DNA of 64,000 bases from a virus, in IMG/VR virus record IMGVR_UViG_3300037502_002220, positions 41,445 through 105,444 of that record. One strand, given 5' to 3'. Positions 56,730 to 64,000 of the stretch are shown here, in pieces. The notes beneath the pieces are model-generated. The model saw only the letters and a list, made by a program, of their open reading frames with translations, did no database searches and had not been told where the DNA came from. The translations under genes were made by a program, and so were the position numbers. Position 1 is the stretch's first letter, and each line of letters starts with the position of its first letter.

Positions 56730-57054
56730 CTTATCAGAAGAGATAATTAAACTAGTAATTAAAGATTATTGGAGAGAAGTAAAAAGATACTGTTATAGGC
56801 CACATGAAATTAAAGCTGGCTTAGTACTTGGTAGAATACTTAAACTTAATGTTAGGTACAAACAAGTAAAACGTTACTCTTTTGAATATGAAAGATCAGA
56901 GTATCCTAAATATAGGATGCTAGCTGAATACTATAAAGAGATATGTCGTGTTCAAGAAAAGTATGTAATGAACACACCTAAGAGACAAGCGGAAGTACAA
57001 AGATTAAATGAATATTATTTAAAACTTTTTTCAGATGGAAATAATGAAAGGTAA
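56695..57054 (+). CDS. HU/IHF-like protein (tentative)
   Basis: ITKILAQEFNLSEEIIKLVI..LGRILKLNVR; position upstream of the terminase. Confidence 0.45.
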   Translation: MEITKILAQEFNLSEEIIKLVIKDYWREVKRYCYRPHEIKAGLVLGRILKLNVRYKQVKRYSFEYERSEYPKYRMLAEYYKEICRVQEKYVMNTPKRQAEVQRLNEYYLKLFSDGNNER

Positions 57055-57655
57055 TCAGAAGCTAAAAGAAAGTACGCTTCAAGATTTTATTGAAAGTAAA
57101 AAGGATAAACCTAAACAGTTTGCCTTTGTAACTGCTAAAGAAGAAGCAACTTACAACTGGAATGAACGTGAGAACATTCTTAAAAACCTTAACGATGAAG
57201 TTAAGGAAAAACAATTGTATAATGAGAGTATACGAGAACTTGATCCAATGTATGCTAATCTTAAGCCTACGGATAGTTACGTACTTAGACTTTATGTTAA
57301 AGAAGCACTTCAAACAGAATCTGGACTTATTATTAAGTCAGAAGAAAAAGTGCAATCTGTGCGTCCAGGTTCACATACACCTGGTGAACTTATTGCAAAT
57401 CCTTATGATTTTGACTCGCTAGCAGTAATTGTAGCATGTCCACCTTATGAACAAAATCTTAAGCCAGGAACGCTAGTACAGGTAATTAGACCTAAAGCAG
57501 AAGTACTTGGTCAAGAGGTTGTAGGTTATGAGTTTGGATATGCACATCCTAGCTATAGACTTGGTCAATTACCTAAGTCTTGTAAAGATCGTCACTTTGG
57601 ATATTGTTTAATGCCTTATAATAGGATAAAAGTTATTGTAGATGAACAAGTTTAA
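57035..57655 (+). CDS. GroES-like protein
   Basis: LKPTDSYVLR..QTESGLII..VIVA..KPGTLV. Confidence 0.5.
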   Translation: MEIMKGNQKLKESTLQDFIESKKDKPKQFAFVTAKEEATYNWNERENILKNLNDEVKEKQLYNESIRELDPMYANLKPTDSYVLRLYVKEALQTESGLIIKSEEKVQSVRPGSHTPGELIANPYDFDSLAVIVACPPYEQNLKPGTLVQVIRPKAEVLGQEVVGYEFGYAHPSYRLGQLPKSCKDRHFGYCLMPYNRIKVIVDEQV

Positions 57656-57872
57656 ACTTGTACTCAAAGAACCACTTAGGATCTTTTATTTTATACAAGG
57701 TCATATTTTGTGGTTTATACACAAACACGCAATACTCAAGTTTTTAGAAAGATCTGTAGAGTGTAATAAATGTTACAGATCAGGATTTTGTGTACACTGC
57801 GGTTGTGAAATAGGTCCTATGTTTATGTCATCTATTAAATGTAAAAAAGATGTGGTCGAACAAGATAGCTAA
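57642..57872 (+). CDS. Small Cys-rich protein
   Basis: CNKC..CVHCGC..C. Confidence 0.6.
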   Translation: MNKFKLVLKEPLRIFYFIQGHILWFIHKHAILKFLERSVECNKCYRSGFCVHCGCEIGPMFMSSIKCKKDVVEQDS

Positions 57873-58143
57873 CTTAGGTGAGGTAAAACCTAGAAGTGTT
57901 CATCACGTAAGGTTTCAATACCTAGGTCCATCTAATATTAAGGAATTAAAATCTTCTTGTGGTTGCTCTGTAGCTAAGTTTCAACAGAGGCTTATTACAG
58001 TTAAGTTTACAACACCAGATTTTCCATCACATCTTAGGTTATCTAAGATTAAAGAAACTACGGTGTCTAGAAACATTAGGGTAACTACGGAAGATAACGA
58101 ACAACATTTACTTACTATTAATGCCATCGTTAAAGATGTCTGA
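57850..58143 (+). CDS. DUF1573-like Ig-fold protein
   Basis: NLGEV..FQY..KSSCGCS..LTINAIV. Confidence 0.65.
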   Translation: MWSNKIANLGEVKPRSVHHVRFQYLGPSNIKELKSSCGCSVAKFQQRLITVKFTTPDFPSHLRLSKIKETTVSRNIRVTTEDNEQHLLTINAIVKDV

Positions 58144-58717
58144 TTTTGTAAGACCAGGGAATATTGATACAGATAACTTCTGGGAACTAAACCCACAGTT
58201 AAAATACATACAACCTTTTAATAAGGTTAAAGAATCTAAATTGATGTGGTCTATTTGGATGTGGTGCGATCCACATCAAGACAATAAGATCTATCGCTTA
58301 GACCTTAACAACAAGCTTAATTCTATTAGGAACTACTATAAAAGTTTTGACCCTGAAGATAGTTTTACTGCTAGTTGTATAGAAGCGTATAATGTACATT
58401 GTTTATCGCCAGCAGCTAGAGCACTTAAAGAAGAAGAAAATGCTTTAAACATGCGTGCTGAAATGATACGTCTTGTACGTGTAGAACTTCTTGATCGCAC
58501 TAGAAAAAACCCTATGTCTATGGTAGATAAAGATGTACAAGCATTGTGGGCTAAAGTAGAAGCACTCCATGCGAATACCGCAAAAGCTTATCAACAGTAT
58601 GAAACTGCTAGAAAGATATTTGAAACAGAAACTGTAGCACCTAAAGTATATGGTGGTAGAAAAGAAACAATACGCGAAAAAGGAGAACTGGTAATCCCTA
58701 AAGAAGATTATGAATAA
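58121..58717 (+). CDS. Hypothetical protein upstream of TerL (possible small terminase)
   Basis: Position and helical character only. Confidence 0.45.
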   Translation: MPSLKMSDFVRPGNIDTDNFWELNPQLKYIQPFNKVKESKLMWSIWMWCDPHQDNKIYRLDLNNKLNSIRNYYKSFDPEDSFTASCIEAYNVHCLSPAARALKEEENALNMRAEMIRLVRVELLDRTRKNPMSMVDKDVQALWAKVEALHANTAKAYQQYETARKIFETETVAPKVYGGRKETIREKGELVIPKEDYE

Positions 58718-61088
58718 CTACTTTATTGGAGATAGAGCTATATCTACGGACTACGTTAAGCTTGAGAACAGAGATCAGTTCTTAACTAAAGTACCTGTAT
58801 TACATCCGCTATCTCCAGAGTATACACAGTTTTGGTCGTTACAGTTTAAACGGTGTATTGAAGGTTTATGGGGTAAGATGTTTGATAAGTGGAGATACTG
58901 TCCTGGGTTCTTATATTTTTACGGTAACTTCTTTGTACTTGAGATTACAGATAAGAAGTCTAAGGTAACAAACTATCAAGTACCTAGAATTGATGATATC
59001 GAATGGGAGTTAGCATACTATCTTTTAGAAGCATTTGGTTTCTCAGGCTTTGAGCAAGATGATGAATATTCGTGTTTATCTTATCTTAACAACTCTACAT
59101 TTTCTGAAGAGTATATACGAAGTAATTATCCTAACGTAGTAAGTTCTTCTGGCTCATTAAAGAAGTATGTACCTGTAGATATATATTTAAAAAAATTACA
59201 TGATAGACCACTTGGTTCACCGCTATATGAAAATGAAACAAAGAATGCGATTGTCTTTGGTACTCGTGGTGGTGGTAAGTCTTATTTCACTGCTGGGATT
59301 ATTGAACATCGTTTGGTTTTTGATGGTGCTGTACGTTATAATGAAAGTTTTATTAATGGTGAACTAACGACTAAGATGGTACTTGGTTCTTCTGTTACAG
59401 ATAAATCTTCTGACCTAGCGAATAAAGTACATAAGTCTATACTTGCAAAAGCAGATCCTATCTTAGGTAAAAAGTTTGGTGTATGGGGTACGCACAAAGA
59501 TGATGATTTTACACCATGTCCGCTCTTCAAAGATATGACAGGTAGCTTAGAAGCACCTAACAAGAAAAATCCATATCGACATTCATATAAAGTAAGTTCT
59601 GGTAATCGTTGGGTACAAAAGGGCACTGACTCTACTCTTTTTCATGTAAACTATTCATTAAATAAAGGCGATGGTTCGCAAGCAGCAGTCGGTGGTAGGT
59701 ATTCGTTATCTGTTGTTGAAGAAGTAGGTCTAGTACCTAATGTTATTGATATTCATGTAGCTAACGAAGCTACACTATCTAGAGATGGTAGATTTGGTAC
59801 TGAACTGTATCTAGGTACTTCTGGTAACTTGTCCAGGGTACTTGGTGCTAAGAGAATGTTTCTAAGCCCTCAAGATTATAATATTGTATATCGTGATAAC
59901 AAACATGGTACAGAAGGTACAGATGGTAAAATAGGATTCTTCTTACCTAACTACATGATACAACGTGATTGTAAAGATCACGACGGTAACACAGATTATA
60001 ACATGGTCATAGCTAAGATTAATGCTAGACGTACAGACTTTGCTAAATCTGCTGACCCTAACATTCTACGTAACGAGAAGATAAATAGACCTTGTTTTGT
60101 AGATGAGATGTGGATGGGTGTTGAAGAACAGTTAATGCCTATAGAAGAACTACAATCTCGTGAGAAACAACTTATGATGTTTAACGAGTATCGTCAGTTG
60201 TACACTGGTGTTAAGTTATCATGGGATTCTACAATGCCTAATGGAGTAAGTTATACTGTAGATCACGACGCAGAACCATATTTAGATTGGCCTTTGAACT
60301 TAGCTAAGAGAAAAGATCCTAGAGGGCCTATTATTATCTATGATTTTCCTAGGACTATTAACAATAGCATACCTAATGATATGTACAGGTTCATAGGCCA
60401 TGACCCTTATGTAGAAGAAGATTTTAACAGAGGTGGTTCTGTAGGTGCTACGTATGTGCTTATGAACCCAGCGTATATAGCACAAGGAATGCCTGGAAAT
60501 ATTATCGTAGCTTCTTATATTGATAAACCACTAGGTGGTCTAGATGAGTACTATGAGAATCAAGAAAAGCTATTAGCATTTTACGGTAACCCTAGCCAAG
60601 GTCTTTGGTTTGAGAAAAACAGAGGAGCTGATTGTAGAGCACATTATGTACGTAAGCATAAAGCACATCTACTGTCATTGACACCACAGTATCATGAAGG
60701 TAGTAATATTAGACAAAAAGCAATATCGTCGTTTGGATATCTTGTAGGTAATCGTATTACTAAAGCTAGGCTTGCAAAAATGGTAAGAGACTGGCTTTTA
60801 GAAGAAACAGAAATTAGTTGTGAAGACCCTAAATACAACGGTGTTAAGAAAAACTTTGAACGGATTCCATGCTTGTTCTTGATACGTCAAATGTTAGCAT
60901 ATAACTTAGACGATAATTTCGATGCATTTGATGGTTTCAGAGGTGCAATACTTGGACTTAGAGAGTATGAAGTTAAATTAGAATCTACAACAAACAAAGA
61001 AAGAAAAGCACTTGAGACTAAAGTCTTAAGTCATTATGTAAACAACGAAAGAATATTTAAAAATTATGAACGACGCTATAAAACTTAG
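58710..61088 (+). CDS. terL: Terminase large subunit
   Basis: Walker A GTRGGGKSY, Walker B VVEEVG, GTSG, nuclease GHDPY..FEKN..NFDAFD. Confidence 0.9.
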   Translation: MNNYFIGDRAISTDYVKLENRDQFLTKVPVLHPLSPEYTQFWSLQFKRCIEGLWGKMFDKWRYCPGFLYFYGNFFVLEITDKKSKVTNYQVPRIDDIEWELAYYLLEAFGFSGFEQDDEYSCLSYLNNSTFSEEYIRSNYPNVVSSSGSLKKYVPVDIYLKKLHDRPLGSPLYENETKNAIVFGTRGGGKSYFTAGIIEHRLVFDGAVRYNESFINGELTTKMVLGSSVTDKSSDLANKVHKSILAKADPILGKKFGVWGTHKDDDFTPCPLFKDMTGSLEAPNKKNPYRHSYKVSSGNRWVQKGTDSTLFHVNYSLNKGDGSQAAVGGRYSLSVVEEVGLVPNVIDIHVANEATLSRDGRFGTELYLGTSGNLSRVLGAKRMFLSPQDYNIVYRDNKHGTEGTDGKIGFFLPNYMIQRDCKDHDGNTDYNMVIAKINARRTDFAKSADPNILRNEKINRPCFVDEMWMGVEEQLMPIEELQSREKQLMMFNEYRQLYTGVKLSWDSTMPNGVSYTVDHDAEPYLDWPLNLAKRKDPRGPIIIYDFPRTINNSIPNDMYRFIGHDPYVEEDFNRGGSVGATYVLMNPAYIAQGMPGNIIVASYIDKPLGGLDEYYENQEKLLAFYGNPSQGLWFEKNRGADCRAHYVRKHKAHLLSLTPQYHEGSNIRQKAISSFGYLVGNRITKARLAKMVRDWLLEETEISCEDPKYNGVKKNFERIPCLFLIRQMLAYNLDDNFDAFDGFRGAILGLREYEVKLESTTNKERKALETKVLSHYVNNERIFKNYERRYKT

Positions 61089-63585
61089 GGAAAAGGTTAA
61101 AGATAAAGATTGGTATAAGTATCAACTTGAACGCTATGTACCATATACTGCATCTCCTATAGTACATGATTACTACGAGATGAAGAAACTTTACGAGTTT
61201 GTAAATAACGATCTATCAAACTTTAAAGATGACATTGCTTATTACTGTGGTTCATTAGAAGAATACGGTGCTACTGAAGAAGTACTTGTACCGTATAATC
61301 CTATACCTAATAAGCTTGAAGTACTTAAAGGTGATCTACTCTCTCGTAGCTTTAACCATAGGATACTATTGCTAACTGCTAAAGCGGTTAGGGATAAGAA
61401 CGAAGAACTTATTAATGTTTTTAGACAAAGCATTGATGAAGAGCTTAGGCTTACGATAGAGAAACAAAAAGCTATGATGGAAGGTATGCCACCTGAAGAA
61501 GTTGATAAATACATTCAACAGCTTAGGGTTGGTTTAGAACCTAAAGATCTAGCACTAAAGACATTTAACGGTGAAGCAGAGATACTGTACTCTAAGTTGC
61601 TACAACATGCTAACTTAGATCAAGATATTGCTTACAAGAAATTAGAAACACTAGAAGATCTTGTAACTGTAAGTAGGGTATTCTTGTATACAGGTTGGAA
61701 AAATGGTAAGCCTTATATTAAAGTACTTAATCCACTACACGTTGGTTTTCAAAAAAGTCCTGATGTAGCTTTTATTGAAAAAGGAGATTATGTATTTCAC
61801 TGGGATGAAATTACAGTAGGTGATGCGCTGTTAGAATATCAGAACAGGTTAAACGATGAAGAAATACAAAAGATATTAGATTATAGTTATACATTAAACC
61901 CGCTTACAGAAGCACATATGACTAAACCAGTATTTGATCACGTCAAATACTATTCGCTGTTAACATCACTTGGTGAGTTTCGTAGAAAAGGTATTGGTAC
62001 ACATCAAGGTAACCAACTTACAAACTACAACCTAAATCAAACTCTCCAACGTTTGCATCTTGAGTTTAGAGCTTTTGAAGAAGTTATATTTTTAACTGTT
62101 AAAGATGAATATAATACACACGTTACCTTAAAAGCAAACGCAGATATTATTCCATCTACAGCAGCTAAGGTTAAGTTTACAAATCGTTGGATGGAAGAAT
62201 CTACGAAGTATGTGTGGGATGATGAGTACACAGGTGTTACTATGGAAGCTGAAGTACTCATGATTCCTAGACGTTATGAAGTAACTAGGCTTGGTAGTGA
62301 TATTATTGTAGATTACAGAGAAGTACCTTTTCAACCAGATTACGGTAGTAACCCATTTTCTAAGTTTGAACTATCGTATAAAGGTACTATACTTTATAAT
62401 AGGAACTCTAAATGGCTTTCGTTAGTACAACGTGCAATGCCTACTGCGTTTCAGTATATGGCTGCTAAACGATTACAAGATCGTGAAATAGCTAAATATG
62501 TAGGTCAAGAACGTGCTATTGATGTAGATCAAGTACCTGATGAACTAGGTATGGATCATGAAGGTAATCCAGAGATGTCTACAGATCCTACACTTAAAGC
62601 AGAAGTTATTGCTAGAAAAACTGGTACAAGATTCTATTCTTCAGGTAGAAATGCAAATGGATTACCACCAGCACCTACAAGATCTATTGGTGTAAACTAC
62701 AATGTAGTAGATACATCACCACAGCTACTTAACCTACAGCAGTTCTGTTCTGCACTAGATATGGAAGTAGGTATGCGCATGGGTATTCCACCACAACGTG
62801 AAGCAATGTCTGTACCTAATACGAATGTTACAGATAACAGGCAAGCACTTATGCAATCTTCGTTAGCTACACAGACACTGTTCTACACTTTAGATATGGT
62901 ATGGGCTCACGCACTCAACGAGCATGTAATGAACATGCGTACGTATATTAAAAATTACTTGAGCCAAAACCCTAATCTAAAGACATTTGACTTAGAATAT
63001 GTACTCCCTGATGGTACTAAAGAATATCTACAGGTAGAACCAGATCACGTTGATAAGTTAGAAGATCTTGGTCTTTATCTTTATGATAACGGTAGGGAAC
63101 AAGTGTACTTTAATTACATGCTACAGTCTGTATTTAGCTTTGCACAAAATGCTGGTCAAGGTGTAGAACAAGTATCTTCTGTACTTAAAGCACTTACATC
63201 TACTACCTCTGTTGAAGAAATGCACAAGATTATATCTACTGAAGCTAGGGTACTTCAAGATAGGGTACAAAAACAACAAGAGCAGCAACAACAGATTATT
63301 GAAGAACAGAAAAAAGCAATGCGTGAACTTGAAGAATATCGTGCTAGTCTTAAACTAGAAGCTGATATTGCTAAGATACAAGAACAACGTATTAGTTCTA
63401 GAGAGATTGCTGAGATCCAATCACAAGCGTTAGCTAATCAGTATGACATTGATAAGAACAAAGAAAATGATCTTATCCAACGTGATCGTGAAAGAATGGC
63501 ACACGAAGCTAACGAAAAACAAAAAGATAGAAATTTACAAATAGAACTTGCTCGTATTAAAGGAAGTTCTGCAAAGAAAGATTAA
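61066..63585 (+). CDS. Portal protein
   Basis: 839 aa directly after TerL; YNPIPNKLEVLKGD, GIPPQRE, C-terminal Q-rich coiled coil typical of crAss-like portals. Confidence 0.85.
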   Translation: MNDAIKLREKVKDKDWYKYQLERYVPYTASPIVHDYYEMKKLYEFVNNDLSNFKDDIAYYCGSLEEYGATEEVLVPYNPIPNKLEVLKGDLLSRSFNHRILLLTAKAVRDKNEELINVFRQSIDEELRLTIEKQKAMMEGMPPEEVDKYIQQLRVGLEPKDLALKTFNGEAEILYSKLLQHANLDQDIAYKKLETLEDLVTVSRVFLYTGWKNGKPYIKVLNPLHVGFQKSPDVAFIEKGDYVFHWDEITVGDALLEYQNRLNDEEIQKILDYSYTLNPLTEAHMTKPVFDHVKYYSLLTSLGEFRRKGIGTHQGNQLTNYNLNQTLQRLHLEFRAFEEVIFLTVKDEYNTHVTLKANADIIPSTAAKVKFTNRWMEESTKYVWDDEYTGVTMEAEVLMIPRRYEVTRLGSDIIVDYREVPFQPDYGSNPFSKFELSYKGTILYNRNSKWLSLVQRAMPTAFQYMAAKRLQDREIAKYVGQERAIDVDQVPDELGMDHEGNPEMSTDPTLKAEVIARKTGTRFYSSGRNANGLPPAPTRSIGVNYNVVDTSPQLLNLQQFCSALDMEVGMRMGIPPQREAMSVPNTNVTDNRQALMQSSLATQTLFYTLDMVWAHALNEHVMNMRTYIKNYLSQNPNLKTFDLEYVLPDGTKEYLQVEPDHVDKLEDLGLYLYDNGREQVYFNYMLQSVFSFAQNAGQGVEQVSSVLKALTSTTSVEEMHKIISTEARVLQDRVQKQQEQQQQIIEEQKKAMRELEEYRASLKLEADIAKIQEQRISSREIAEIQSQALANQYDIDKNKENDLIQRDRERMAHEANEKQKDRNLQIELARIKGSSAKKD

Positions 63586-63626
63586 GCATATAGACAAGTA
63601 TATATTTTAACGTTAATTTTGAGACG

Positions 63627-64000
63627 ATGGAAAAAAAATCACTGTTTGAAGACTTAGTGTCTTTCGACGAACCTGTGAACTTGGAAGAACCTACAGAAGG
63701 TAAAGATCCACAAAACCAGGAACCTAATGAGGATCCTGTTGAGCAAACAGAAGATGAAGTTAACAACGTAGAAGAAGATGATCGCGTTAGAGTACTCTAT
63801 GATATTATGGTAGATTCTAATATCATAGAAGCTGACGAAGAGTTTAAACCTACTGTTGAAAACTTTGAAGAATTAGTATCTGTACTACCAGAGCACTTTC
63901 TAGCACAAGCTGTGAGTAAGCTACCTGACTTTGTACAAGATATTATTCAACTTGGTTTTGAAAACCCTTCGCTTTCTGTAGATGATATTTCCAAGTTCTT
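63627..64000 (+). CDS. Acidic head-module protein (scaffold-like), 3'-truncated
   Basis: MEKKSLFEDLVSFDEPVNLEEP..., open to the window end; follows the portal; TAATTTTG just upstream. Confidence 0.7.
   Translation, partial: MEKKSLFEDLVSFDEPVNLEEPTEGKDPQNQEPNEDPVEQTEDEVNNVEEDDRVRVLYDIMVDSNIIEADEEFKPTVENFEELVSVLPEHFLAQAVSKLPDFVQDIIQLGFENPSLSVDDISKF

Overview
A 64-kb AT-rich segment of a crAss-like (Crassvirales-type) phage, probably infecting Bacteroidota and using the standard genetic code. Layout: (1) + strand virion cargo block, 1-14.2 kb: 5'-truncated giant RNA polymerase with a DFDID motif, an ART/zincin polyvalent protein, ferritin and a PD-(D/E)XK protein. (2) Long - strand block, 14.3-56.3 kb: replication and nucleotide genes (PolB, SF2 and DnaB-like helicases, primase, Sak4-like ATPase, SSB, intein-containing ThyX, UDG, resolvase, exonuclease), small early genes, a non-coding repeat region and a glycosylation cassette. 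(3) + strand packaging block from 56.4 kb: TerL, portal and the start of the next head gene. The standout is the apparently ORF-less 33.9-39.6 kb stretch. Read by hand on the - strand, it is an almost gap-free chain of about 50 translationally coupled micro-ORFs (about 28-50 aa). They have hypervariable middles, a shared C-terminal pattern and locally paralogous neighbours, and they run into an AAA+ ATPase gene. Also notable: a tRNA-like element with a shrunken anticodon arm, several multi-stem ncRNA candidates, helically phased direct repeats, and terminal cysteines on the cargo proteins. All protein calls come from motif recognition; no database searches were run.
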